A stretch of DNA of 64,000 nt, from the NCBI GenBank assembly GCA_001856825.1, contig ATMD01000001.1, forward strand, positions 114,581 to 178,580. Reading direction: 5' to 3'. The translations under genes were made by a program, and so were the position numbers. Below the pieces are notes generated by a model that was not told where the DNA came from, made no database searches, and saw only the letters and a program-made list of their open reading frames with translations. This stretch comes from Thermoplasmatales archaeon I-plasma (GTDB taxonomy: Archaea > Thermoplasmatota > Thermoplasmata > Thermoplasmatales > GCA-001856825). Shown piece by piece: positions 11,187 to 20,836 of this stretch. Numbering within the stretch: the stretch's first letter is position 1; every line of letters starts with the position of its first letter.

Positions 11187-11942
11187 TTATAGATGTCCAA
11201 GGTAAAGCTTAGTCACATAAACCATATCCACGCGTTCATTTGACTCATATTTTTTGAAAACATCAGAAAAGTCACCTACCATATTTTCGTACCTGGGGTT
11301 ACTTGGTTTGATGGCGTATGAAGCAGATCTATAACGCCCAATTACTGACTCTAGCGTAAGTTTCTGCACGTTTCGAAGCTGAAATTCACGATAGGTTCCA
11401 TTGAAGAATGATGCAATATCTTTCGAGTTAAGGGCAGTGCTACCGGTAGAATGGTATTCCTCACTATATCGTCGTACGACTGATTCGTACTCTCCAGTGA
11501 ATGTTCCTGGTTCATTTACCCTGTCATTCCAAACTAGAGCTACCCACTTCCTTCCTCTAAGGATTCTTGTAAACTCCTTCTTTGCAAGTCTTCTATCCAG
11601 CCAGTGGAAAGACTGGCCGCAAGCTACCAAGTCAACAGAACTGTCAGGAAGGTTTGTGTTTTCGCCCGTTCCCTTAATGAATTCGACTTTACCTCTTGTT
11701 GAAAGAATCTCTAAGGACTTCTGCCTCATTTCATCGTTAGGTTCAACACATTTTACCTGATTTCCGTGCTCTATGAACAGAGTAGATAGAATGCCTGTTC
11801 CAGAGCCTATGTCTGCCACTACCCACTTTGGATTTAGCCCTGTCTCCTTTGTAATAGTATCCATTAATTCTTCTGGATACGTTGGTCGATAACGGAAGTA
11901 GAAATCAGCCGTTCCATTGAAAATCTTATCAGCACCTTTCAA
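11187..11942 (-). CDS. Class I SAM-dependent methyltransferase
   Basis: Motif I VADIGSGTGILS, followed by the post-I acidic residue (VKCVEPNDEM) and motif II-like DLVACGQSFHW. Confidence 0.8.
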   Translation of the reverse strand: MKGADKIFNGTADFYFRYRPTYPEELMDTITKETGLNPKWVVADIGSGTGILSTLFIEHGNQVKCVEPNDEMRQKSLEILSTRGKVEFIKGTGENTNLPDSSVDLVACGQSFHWLDRRLAKKEFTRILRGRKWVALVWNDRVNEPGTFTGEYESVVRRYSEEYHSTGSTALNSKDIASFFNGTYREFQLRNVQKLTLESVIGRYRSASYAIKPSNPRYENMVGDFSDVFKKYESNERVDMVYVTKLYLGHL

Positions 11943-12105
11943 TAACCGTTAATCTTTGTTCCGTTTAATTATTTGCCACAATATTCTTAATCTTATGCAC
12001 CACGCATCCTTAACCGCAGAAAGACTAGGGGATTTAAAATAATGAAACCATGTGAGATATACAGGAAACAACCCTTAAATAACATCCAACATATATTCGG
12101 GATGA

Positions 12106-13443
12106 ATGCGTCTTAGCTATGAATCAGGAACGATCATCATAGATGATCCTTCTTCCGTCCCGTCTTATGTCACGTTTGACAGGCGAACCCAATCATACAG
12201 AGCAGAAGGGTATCTCTATTCACGGCTCAAGGCTGATTTCCCAGATTCGGAAGACATCGTCTTCAATGACAGAAAGGTTGAACTGAAACACCAGGAAAAA
12301 CTAAGGTCATATCAAAAGAGGGCTGTTGATCTCTGGTCATCCAGCTCATTCTCAGGAACTGTTGTCCTGCCAACAGCTGCTGGAAAAACTCATATTGGAA
12401 TAGAGGCAATGTCAAGGTTATCAACCACAACACTCGTCGTAGCACCTACTATAGAGCTTGTGCAGCAATGGAGGGAGAGATTGCAGAAGTCTTTTGGAAT
12501 TGAAGTGGGTCAAATAGGGGGAGGGGAGAAGGACGTGAAGGATGTTTCGGTAAGCACTTACGATTCTGCATATCTAATGGCTGAGAAGCTCGGCAACAGG
12601 TTCAAATTCCTGCTAGTTGATGAAGTTCACCACCTAGCTGCAGAGCGTTATGTAGATATTGCGAGGATGTTCGCGTCACCTTACAGGATGGGACTGACAG
12701 CAACGTATGAGAGGACTGACATGCTTCATGAAAGGCTACAACAGTTTATGGGAGGGAAGGTCTTCGAGCTGGGTTATGAGGAGCTGACTGAATTCCTGGC
12801 TGACTATGAGATTATCAGGATACCAGTGGAACTGGAGCAGGAAGAGGAGGAGGAATACAACAGGAACAGAATGTTGTTCCTGAACTACCTCAGGAAGCAT
12901 CGCATGAGGATGAGGGGTCCATGGGACTTCGAGAGGTTCATCCTGTCATCGTGGAATCCAGAAGGGAGGGAAGCCCTCATAGCGTGGAGGAAGGCAAGGT
13001 CGATTGCCTTTAACTCCAGGGTCAAGGTGGACACAGTCAGGTACGTACTATCGAAACACAGGGGAGAGAAGACTATCATATTCTCCGAAGACACAAACAC
13101 CTCCTACCTCATTTCAAAGGAGTTCCTGGTACCGTGCATCACCTACCTGACGCCTGGTCCGGAAAGGAAGGAGTATCTTGACATGTTCAGGAGGGGTGAC
13201 GTCACTGCAATAGCTACGTCAAGGGTCCTTGATGAAGGCGTTGATGTCCCTGACGCATCCATTGGCATAATATTAAGCGGATCAGGGTCTACGAGACAAT
13301 TCCGTCAAAGATTGGGAAGGCTCCTGAGACCTTCATCCGGCAAGAAAGCAACACTCTACGAAATTGTTGCGAGTGGAACCAGCGAATTTGCCACTTCTAA
13401 GAGGAGGAGAAAGGGTGTTCCCGACTCAGCTGATGTCAGTTAG
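12106..13443 (+). CDS. xpb: XPB/Rad25-type SF2 DNA helicase
   Basis: Walker A LPTAAGKT, DEVHH box, RED-like TATYERTD, and helicase C motifs (TSRVLDEGVDVPD, QRLGRLLR). The N-terminal damage-recognition-like domain begins MRLSYESGTIIID. Confidence 0.88.
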   Translation: MRLSYESGTIIIDDPSSVPSYVTFDRRTQSYRAEGYLYSRLKADFPDSEDIVFNDRKVELKHQEKLRSYQKRAVDLWSSSSFSGTVVLPTAAGKTHIGIEAMSRLSTTTLVVAPTIELVQQWRERLQKSFGIEVGQIGGGEKDVKDVSVSTYDSAYLMAEKLGNRFKFLLVDEVHHLAAERYVDIARMFASPYRMGLTATYERTDMLHERLQQFMGGKVFELGYEELTEFLADYEIIRIPVELEQEEEEEYNRNRMLFLNYLRKHRMRMRGPWDFERFILSSWNPEGREALIAWRKARSIAFNSRVKVDTVRYVLSKHRGEKTIIFSEDTNTSYLISKEFLVPCITYLTPGPERKEYLDMFRRGDVTAIATSRVLDEGVDVPDASIGIILSGSGSTRQFRQRLGRLLRPSSGKKATLYEIVASGTSEFATSKRRRKGVPDSADVS

Positions 13444-14782
13444 AAGGAGCAAGAAGGGAATACTAAGGTCGGTGTTCCTGACAGAAGAGAACAGCGATTA
13501 CTGCACCTCAATAATCGAGCTATTCTCAAGGAGTAGGGGCAAAACCAGAGGGGAAATAGAAGAAGAACTGAAGACAATGGAACTAAAGGTGCAGAATCCC
13601 AAGATACTGAGGGGTTTGGCACTAATAATGTTCAGGAATTCGGAATTCAGGAGGCCATCCCCACTTGATTCAGAGGCAGTTAGGAAGGTAATTTTTTCGA
13701 TAGCTAGGAACCCAGTAGTGAGCCCAGAGGAGAGGAAAGCCGTACTGGAAAGGGTTGCATCTTCAATGTCTTCAACGTCCCAAGATGTAGACGAAGCAAT
13801 ATATGGAGACAAGGAGAGCAACATGGTTCTAGTGTCGCCGTTCAATGTTTCACCTGATATACTTTCTAAAAAATTCAACGAGGAACAGATAGAGACAGTC
13901 ATAATGAAGTCACTCTGGGTTGAAGTTACAACGAAAAATCACACAAACGATTTCATCAGGAACCTTAGGACGAAGGGACTGCTCTATGAGGAGAGGGTGG
14001 AGGAGGATAGACACATAATAAGGGTTAATGGTCCGGTATCGATTTTTGAGAGGAGCGAGAGATATGGCTTCAAGCTCGCACTCTTCGTGCGTTATGTACT
14101 TTCACAAGACGACTGGGAGATCAACTCATCCATATCCCTTAAAAGCAATGCAGGAAGGAAAAAAGAGGATGATTTCACTTACCATCTGGACGAATCGATT
14201 TCTGATCTCATAGTCAAGGAAGATGTTCAGGAGGAACAACTTCCAGCATTCGTGAACCGCAACCCTAAGCATATAGAAATTGACGGAGGCATCGTGACGC
14301 CCGAATTTTCCATAAGCTCAGGTGGGAAAGAAATTGCAATTTTTATATCCCCTCGTCGGTACTACGAAGATGAATTACCCAGGGTGAGAAAGATCAGGGA
14401 TGCCGGCATACCTGCTGAAGTCTTCTGCCTGATTGAAGGGAGGGAAAAGTGCCCAAAGGGGGCAATGTGTTTCAAGGATGCCATTGATTGGTGGAGAATC
14501 AGGGAGTATCTGGCTCAGATATACCAGAGCAGCAAGTCACAGAATAAGTTGGTTCCCAAGGAACTAGGACAAACTAAAATTGCAAATGGTAGCACGCCAA
14601 AGATCACGGAAAAGGTAATTTCCCACTTAAATTCCCTCTATCCGGATGATCAAGCAATGGTCGAGTACCTCGATTTCATGGGAATTCCGCCAGATGAAGG
14701 ACTGCGCGAGGCTGGATTTGAAGTCGCTTGGAAAGGCCTAAGACTGGTTGTTACAGGAAGGACAAGCAGGGGGAAGGAATAA
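13433..14782 (+). CDS. bax1: Bax1 (DUF790) XPB-associated endonuclease
   Basis: A ~450-aa ORF starting at ATG 13433 and overlapping the xpb stop by 11 nt, which is the conserved xpb-bax1 arrangement. It carries a nuclease-region-like block, TPEFSISSGGKEIAIFISPRRYYEDEL. The call rests mostly on context and size. Confidence 0.65.
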   Translation: MSVRRSKKGILRSVFLTEENSDYCTSIIELFSRSRGKTRGEIEEELKTMELKVQNPKILRGLALIMFRNSEFRRPSPLDSEAVRKVIFSIARNPVVSPEERKAVLERVASSMSSTSQDVDEAIYGDKESNMVLVSPFNVSPDILSKKFNEEQIETVIMKSLWVEVTTKNHTNDFIRNLRTKGLLYEERVEEDRHIIRVNGPVSIFERSERYGFKLALFVRYVLSQDDWEINSSISLKSNAGRKKEDDFTYHLDESISDLIVKEDVQEEQLPAFVNRNPKHIEIDGGIVTPEFSISSGGKEIAIFISPRRYYEDELPRVRKIRDAGIPAEVFCLIEGREKCPKGAMCFKDAIDWWRIREYLAQIYQSSKSQNKLVPKELGQTKIANGSTPKITEKVISHLNSLYPDDQAMVEYLDFMGIPPDEGLREAGFEVAWKGLRLVVTGRTSRGKE

Positions 14783-14923
14783 CTTTTCCCTAATGTCTCA
14801 ATGCCAACCTCCAGCACAAAGCACCCGATAATTCTGATAAATCAAGGAATATTTTAGCCTGACACTTCCAGGAACATTTAAGTATTCAAACCATTTAAAT
14901 CCTCAATTGGTATTATCTAAAAA

Positions 14924-15997
14924 ATGATGGCAGAATCGCAGATGGATGTGTACAAAGTCGCCCAGGAATTCTCGCTAGGGGACGATTTCACTTACGGGGT
15001 TAATGTGAAGCTTAGGGGGAGGTCTGGAATTGAACATAAGTTCGACCTTGTCCTGACTTCCAAGGAAGATGAGAGGACCAAAATTGCGGTTCTTCAGGGT
15101 GTTTCAGATGACCTTATAACGGACATAATGGAATTCAATGCAATTGCCCGAGACTGTGGCATTCAACTAAAGGCAATTGCAACGGACAGGGAACTCAGCA
15201 AATCAGAGATGAATCTTGCAAAGGTCTGCAACATATCTGTGGTCAAGAAGAATTACGAGAAACAGACAAACACAATACTTGGTGTGAAAAAATTCGACGA
15301 GAACGTTGGAGAACTGATAAAGAAGGGGAGCGTGTACATGATCTCCGGGGGACCGGGTACAGGTAAGACCGCTATCAGCTGTCAATTCCTGGCCGAGGGC
15401 GCAAAAATGGGTGAGAAGGGGATGATCATCCTGACTGACAGGCAGGGACGCAATTTCATATCCCAGGTGGAATCGTTTTCCAACGGGTTTGGGAATTACT
15501 ATAAAAATGGAATAATAGAAGTACTTGAAATCAGCGACCGTATCATGAAGCTTAAGGCTAATGTCACCCACGAGTATCAAACAATGAGCAGCTATATCAG
15601 AACACTCACCAACCAGCTGAAAACATTCGTAGCCGAATTCAACGTGACACGATTAGTCATTGATCCTGTCACACCGCTGATCATCCCGGATAACGATTTC
15701 CTGAACCTATTCTTCCGCTCGATTTCAATACCCCAGGTTTATACACTAGTCACGAGTGGAATAGGGAAGAATGATTTCTCCGCCTTCGGCCTCGAGCAAT
15801 CTTTCGTCTCAGGTCTTATAAAATTGGAAGATGAACTTAATGATTCTGAGGTAAAAAGAGCTTCGATTATAAAGATGAGCGGTGGTGGTTATAACGCCGC
15901 TCCTTTCAAGTTCAAGATAACTACAAAGGGCATCGTACCGTACGACGAGGATGACTCAACCAGTTCAAGTCCTCTGTTCAATCAAGTGATTCTTTAA
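14924..15997 (+). CDS. KaiC/RadA-like ATPase with an N-terminal nuclease-like domain
   Basis: Walker A ISGGPGTGKT and Walker B TRLVIDPVTPL. The C-terminal GIVPY tail is typical of KaiC-like single-domain ATPases. The N-terminal ~115 aa form a separate domain (RGRSGIEHKFDLVLTS...IAVLQG...). Confidence 0.75.
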   Translation: MMAESQMDVYKVAQEFSLGDDFTYGVNVKLRGRSGIEHKFDLVLTSKEDERTKIAVLQGVSDDLITDIMEFNAIARDCGIQLKAIATDRELSKSEMNLAKVCNISVVKKNYEKQTNTILGVKKFDENVGELIKKGSVYMISGGPGTGKTAISCQFLAEGAKMGEKGMIILTDRQGRNFISQVESFSNGFGNYYKNGIIEVLEISDRIMKLKANVTHEYQTMSSYIRTLTNQLKTFVAEFNVTRLVIDPVTPLIIPDNDFLNLFFRSISIPQVYTLVTSGIGKNDFSAFGLEQSFVSGLIKLEDELNDSEVKRASIIKMSGGGYNAAPFKFKITTKGIVPYDEDDSTSSSPLFNQVIL

Positions 15998-16068
15998 TTT
16001 GTATTCCTGAAGAAATACACCATTCTTAGATTATACAACTCCGACCGCGTTATAATGAAGAGAAAACG

Positions 16069-16860
16069 TTAGAAGAGCGTAGTCTGGCCTGTTTTTGCCG
16101 TCCAGTCGATAGTTTCTAGACCAGACATTTTTCTGAATAGATTTACAGTCGCTGGGCCGAATCCCTGAAAGTGGTTGTTGCTCACAACGTATGCATGCTT
16201 TATCATATCCTCTTTCTCTTTCAGCTCCTTTGCCCAGAGACCTACCTCAACACTCCTATCCTTCAATACTTTTCCAAATTCCTCCTCCCTGATAGACCTG
16301 TCACCTACGAATCGGAGATAAATGGTATCTGACGTAACTACCGGAGGAACGTGGGCGTAGGGTATCTCAGACCAGGCAAGACCAACTCCACTGTCCCTGA
16401 GCATGAAGAATGTATCATCAACAAACCATGAATCGTGTCTCATCTCCACAGAGTACCCAATTCCAGATGGGAGATCGGCAATTAGATTCTTCAGATTCCT
16501 GAACCCCTCTTTGAACGTTAATGAAGGAGGGAGCTGAATGAGTATCGACTTTAGTTTCTCTTCAAGTGTTCCGATCACGTCAATAAATTTTCTTGCTTCC
16601 TCTGATGCATTTCTCAACCTCAGGTCATGGGTGACAGCCTGAGGCATCTTTGCCGTAAATGCGAAGTCAGCTGGTACGACGTTAGACCAATTCTCTACCG
16701 TGTGTTTTTCAGGAATACCGTAAAAACTTGAGTCAATTTCAACAATATCAAATATCCTTGAATAGACCTTGAGGAAATCACTTGTCTTGGTGCCTATCGG
16801 ATAGAAGGCACCAACCCATTGGTTGTAACTCCATCCAGAACAGCCCGTTCGTATCTCCAA
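16069..16860 (-). CDS. DUF72 (YecE/UPF0759) family protein
   Basis: N-terminal IRTGCSGWSYNQWVGAFYP and EIDSSFYG, followed by ILIQLPPS. This is the characteristic DUF72 pattern. Confidence 0.8.
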   Translation of the reverse strand: MEIRTGCSGWSYNQWVGAFYPIGTKTSDFLKVYSRIFDIVEIDSSFYGIPEKHTVENWSNVVPADFAFTAKMPQAVTHDLRLRNASEEARKFIDVIGTLEEKLKSILIQLPPSLTFKEGFRNLKNLIADLPSGIGYSVEMRHDSWFVDDTFFMLRDSGVGLAWSEIPYAHVPPVVTSDTIYLRFVGDRSIREEEFGKVLKDRSVEVGLWAKELKEKEDMIKHAYVVSNNHFQGFGPATVNLFRKMSGLETIDWTAKTGQTTLF

Positions 16861-17088
16861 TAGAAAGACATAATTGATTCACTTTTAAGCTTATTCTTAC
16901 AGTGGGATAAATCAAACACAAAGATGAGACATGATCTTCGGCAAAGAAAGTGATTCAAGAAATTCAACGTCTGGATACATTGGCAGAAATGGCGTATTTC
17001 ACATTCCAGGATACTGTATAAATCGTCTTCTGCTGATCTTTCTCCCTGAGATTTGTACGTTACCTTCTATCTGGATTATTAGAGCATT

Positions 17089-17970
17089 TCACCTATTTCC
17101 GGAGTTTGATTTTTCCATTTCAAGAAAATACTTCTTTCTTCCTACTCCTAGTCCATATCCGCCCAGCCCTCCATCCTTCCTCACGACGCGATGGCAAGGT
17201 ATTATGAGTGGTACTAGATTCGAAGCGCAGGCATTCGCTACGGCCCTCACTGCCTTTGGAGAACCTATCATTTCAGCAATTTGGTGATAAGACCTGGTCT
17301 CTCCATAAGGTATATTGAGTAGTGCAGACCAGACCCTCTTCTGGAATTCCGTTCCCACTATATCCACGGGGAGGCTGAGCAACTGACCTTCAAAATAATC
17401 GAGGACAGAATTCAGTCGCCCCCTGACATTCTCTGACCTAATTATATCAGCTTTTGGGAACTCCTTTCTAAGAAAAGACTCGAGGGTATCTTTATCATCA
17501 GCAAGATTCAGCGAGCAAATACCGTATCTGGTCTCAGCCACTAGAAGGAAGCCGAGCTTGCACCTTGCTGTGAGGTAAAATATTGTAGCCCCATTGCCAC
17601 CTTTCCTGTAACTTGCAGGCGTCATTCCAAGCTTTGAGGACTGTGCCCCGTAGAGCCAGCTGTGAGAATTGTACCCTGCCTGGTATACAGCTCTTGGTAT
17701 TGGCTGGTCTTCCTTGAGGTTCTTCTTAAGCAGGAGTATCCTGCACTCCTCTGCATACTTTCTTGGACTAATTCCCATTACTTCTTTGAATGTCCTCTGG
17801 ATGTAGAAGCGCGACGTCCCGAACCTGGTTTCAAGAGTGTGAAGAGATACATTGCCTGAGGGATTGGATTTTATGAAGTTACATATAGATTCCACAAGAT
17901 CGGACTTTGACGTGGAAGAAGAATTCTTCTTATTTGCCGCTCCCTTGCGAAAAGCTGGGTTCCCCTTCAT
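17089..17970 (-). CDS. AraC-type HTH fused to O6-methylguanine-DNA methyltransferase (Ada/Ogt-like)
   Basis: C-terminal active site IIPCHRVVRKDGGLGGY (PCHR). The central MGMT N-domain is present. The N-terminal AraC HTH reads FGTSRFYIQRTFKEVMGISPRKY...AGYNSHSWLY. Confidence 0.88.
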   Translation of the reverse strand: MKGNPAFRKGAANKKNSSSTSKSDLVESICNFIKSNPSGNVSLHTLETRFGTSRFYIQRTFKEVMGISPRKYAEECRILLLKKNLKEDQPIPRAVYQAGYNSHSWLYGAQSSKLGMTPASYRKGGNGATIFYLTARCKLGFLLVAETRYGICSLNLADDKDTLESFLRKEFPKADIIRSENVRGRLNSVLDYFEGQLLSLPVDIVGTEFQKRVWSALLNIPYGETRSYHQIAEMIGSPKAVRAVANACASNLVPLIIPCHRVVRKDGGLGGYGLGVGRKKYFLEMEKSNSGNR

Positions 17971-18112
17971 TGAAAGTCATTTCTGTTCACATAAAAGATA
18001 TTTTGTCTATTTCTTGAACTTTGCATTTCTCCATAGCATCAGCCCTTAAACCTCAAGAAATTATCAGTAGTCTGCATCAAAAATTATTTTATAAAAGATG
18101 AGATATTAAGGA

Positions 18113-18667
18113 ATGTTTCAGAGTATTCAGGGACTAATAAAGAGGGAAAGGAGTGCGCTCATAGTCTGGGACGTTCAGGAAGCACTCGTTTCAGCTATAT
18201 TCAACAGGAAGGAATTTCTTTCCAACGTCACCAAGATTATCAAGAAATCGAGGGAGATAAATCTCCCCATATTCTACTCCAAAATAACCCCCCTCCCAGA
18301 GCGATTCGAATCCCCTCTGAGGAGAGCAGCTGGTTTTGGGAAATTTGAACCTGGAGATGTAGTGAAGGAAGTGTATCCTGAGAAGTCAGATATTGTCATA
18401 AATAAGAATACAGCCAGTTTCTTCATTGGTACCAATTTCGAGTTGATGCTTAGAAATGCTGGTATAAACGTTCTTTACTTTACGGGAATAGCAACTGAGA
18501 TGGGTGTCGAGACCTCTGCAAGACACGGGCAGAATTTGGGTTTCATTCCAGTAATAATTAAGGATGCAGTTTCATCGAGGGATAGGGAAGCGCATGAAAG
18601 GAGCCTTTTGAACCTGTCTAAAATGATGCCTGTAATTACAACAGATGAATTCATAAAAACAGTATAG
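18113..18667 (+). CDS. Isochorismatase-family hydrolase
   Basis: SALIVWDVQEA (catalytic Asp strand), NKNTASFF (Lys), and GIATEMGVETSARHG, where the usual nucleophilic Cys position is Gly. Confidence 0.75.
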   Translation: MFQSIQGLIKRERSALIVWDVQEALVSAIFNRKEFLSNVTKIIKKSREINLPIFYSKITPLPERFESPLRRAAGFGKFEPGDVVKEVYPEKSDIVINKNTASFFIGTNFELMLRNAGINVLYFTGIATEMGVETSARHGQNLGFIPVIIKDAVSSRDREAHERSLLNLSKMMPVITTDEFIKTV

Positions 18668-18747
18668 ATATCCTAGGAAACGGTAAATAAAGGAGGGCCT
18701 TCTGGCCTCAGTTTAAATGTTTTATACTTCCACCATTTACAAGGAGG

Positions 18748-19260
18748 ATGATAAGGGAGTTAAGGTGGAATGACTTGGAGGACTTGGTAGCTAATTATTA
18801 CTCCTACTATGACGAGTTAAAGGATACTCCTGATTTTGGCATTTCTTTCTACAAAGAAAGACCAGATTATTCTTCGGAAGTGGAGTGGTTTTCCGGCCTG
18901 TTCAGGGAGATAGTGGAAGGGAATGCTTTAGCAGTGGTAGCTGAAGAGAACGGAAAGGTAGTTGGACTGTGCGACGTTCACAGGGTAAGACCAGGTACAG
19001 AATTAGACCACTCTGCAGTTCTTGGAATTGCAATAAGGAAAGGGTATAGGGGAAAGGGACTGGGGGGATTAATGATGAAGAAGATAATTGAACTTTCCAA
19101 GGGGAAATTCGAGATATTGAAACTGGAAGTATTTTCGGTAAATTCCAGAGCCATCAACCTGTATAGGAGACTCGGATTCGTAGAATACAGCAATTTTCCG
19201 AAGGCAGTGAAGAGAGGGGACAGGTATTATGACTTGATACAGATGTACTTTACCCTCTAG
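18748..19260 (+). CDS. GNAT family N-acetyltransferase
   Basis: Acetyl-CoA binding motif A: IAIRKGYRGKGLGGLMMKKII. GNAT beta-bulge region: NSRAINLYRRLGF. Confidence 0.85.
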   Translation: MIRELRWNDLEDLVANYYSYYDELKDTPDFGISFYKERPDYSSEVEWFSGLFREIVEGNALAVVAEENGKVVGLCDVHRVRPGTELDHSAVLGIAIRKGYRGKGLGGLMMKKIIELSKGKFEILKLEVFSVNSRAINLYRRLGFVEYSNFPKAVKRGDRYYDLIQMYFTL

Positions 19261-19346
19261 GCTGGAACTCGTTGAGATTATTTGGTTGCCAGAATGGAGG
19301 CTCCCAAAGTCTTAAGTTGGAATTAACGTTAGTATGTCTTGATTAG

Positions 19347-20084
19347 ATGGTAATTACAAGTGGCTCTATACCCAGGGTATCCGGACAATTCGAGATGGGG
19401 CTTGGAAGTCAAGTAGAGAGCATATCAACTAGCATAACTGCAAACTGGTCATGGTACAATAAACTGATGGGAATAGTTTCATGGAACTTCAAAAATAATT
19501 CAGCTTTCCAGGAAACTGCAGTCCTGTACAGATCTGGATATTTCTTTGGAAACGCATATTTCCCGATATACCTGGAAAATGGCGTTTCTATGTGGGGGAC
19601 ACAGCTTGCGCCATTGACTAACAGGGGGATAGACAGGAATACGATGCCATTGGGGATTGTAGATTTCGGGCAAGGCAACAGGATAATAGCGTTCCTATTC
19701 ACATTTGACCCAGGTCAATCCTGGAGCGTCCTAGAGGGTGGTTTTTCTGCAAGATCTCCTCCTTCAAACGGCGTCCTCTTCGGTGCAATGCTTGAGAAAA
19801 CGGGTTCATTCTGCATAGGGTATGATCCCAAGCAGGTTACGGACTATGACAGGCAGACCTCAACAAGTCTAAAGGGTTATTCTCCGAATCCAAGCTACAT
19901 AAAAACGGTAGAGGTGGCAATTTCTACGTTTGCACAATTTGTTCAGCTATTCCCCGGGGATACGATAAGTGATAGACCCTGTCAAAACCAGAATGAGGTT
20001 GTGGTACAGGAAGAAAGTAACGTTGCACCGGGAGATATAGAAGAAATCGTAGGAAATATCGTAAGGGTAATTCGGTCCTTTTGA
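19347..20084 (+). CDS. Hypothetical protein
   Basis: 245-aa ORF with clear coding character, rich in W/F/Y/G/N/S. I recognised no motif. Confidence 0.5.
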   Translation: MVITSGSIPRVSGQFEMGLGSQVESISTSITANWSWYNKLMGIVSWNFKNNSAFQETAVLYRSGYFFGNAYFPIYLENGVSMWGTQLAPLTNRGIDRNTMPLGIVDFGQGNRIIAFLFTFDPGQSWSVLEGGFSARSPPSNGVLFGAMLEKTGSFCIGYDPKQVTDYDRQTSTSLKGYSPNPSYIKTVEVAISTFAQFVQLFPGDTISDRPCQNQNEVVVQEESNVAPGDIEEIVGNIVRVIRSF

Positions 20085-20110
20085 ACAGGGTCTATGACGG
20101 GCACTACTCT

Positions 20111-20788
20111 CTAGAACAAGTTTCCATCATTAATTATATTCGTAACGTCGTTAAAGCAGTGAACTACCCTGTCTGCTAAGGTAGGGGCTGGGGTATCCTC
20201 CATCTTGAGGGTGAAAAATTTCATCCTCTTGGCTCCCTCGATGTCCCGTCTCTCCGAGTCACCAATAAATATGACATTTGAAGGGTTGTTAGCCTCTCTC
20301 AAAGCAGCTTTAAATATAACTGGATCAGGTTTGGGTGCCCTGACCGACTCGGCAGTAACAATGGAATCAAAGTATTCTTTGATCCCAAGTGCAGACACCG
20401 TTCGTTCCGTGTAAACATTATCTGCATCAGTTACCATTACAATCTGGAAGCTATCTTTTGCAGAATTAACGAAATCTATGAAGTCAGGTCTCAGCTTAAG
20501 ATTCTTCTCGTGAAACTCGTAATATTCCTCTTCATAAATCTCAGATATGCCGTACAGTTCGGAGAGCACCTCATGATTTATCTCCATGAAAGTTCTGAAA
20601 TTCTTCTCCCTATCAATGAGCTTTTCCAGTCTCCGCTTGGAGAAGGCAGATCGAATATCTGTTGCGATGTGATACCTGCTACTTAACAAATCCAACCACT
20701 TGTAAATGGAGATGTTTTCAGACTCCACGGTGGTTATTGTATTTGAGAAATCCAAGAAAATAGCTCTCTCAGACGACACCAATCCCAA
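20111..20788 (-). CDS. HAD-superfamily hydrolase (subfamily IA-like)
   Basis: Motif I IFLDFSNT, motif II VMVTDAD, and motif IV IFIGDSERRDIEGA. TTG start. Confidence 0.75.
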   Translation of the reverse strand: MGLVSSERAIFLDFSNTITTVESENISIYKWLDLLSSRYHIATDIRSAFSKRRLEKLIDREKNFRTFMEINHEVLSELYGISEIYEEEYYEFHEKNLKLRPDFIDFVNSAKDSFQIVMVTDADNVYTERTVSALGIKEYFDSIVTAESVRAPKPDPVIFKAALREANNPSNVIFIGDSERRDIEGAKRMKFFTLKMEDTPAPTLADRVVHCFNDVTNIINDGNLF

Positions 20789-20836
20789 TCGCAGCCTTTG
20801 GTAAATATTTTAGGAAGGAAGTGTTTGAGGAAATAT

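Noticed and set aside
13364-13432. Upstream extension of the Bax1 ORF (track start at 13364)
   Set aside because: The extension lies inside the xpb coding region in another frame. The ATG at 13433 gives a sensible 11-nt overlap and N-terminus.
16931-17287. 118-aa plus-strand ORF
   Set aside because: It is antisense to the C-terminal (PCHR) part of the AraC-Ogt gene and has a Pro/Ser-rich, low-information sequence.
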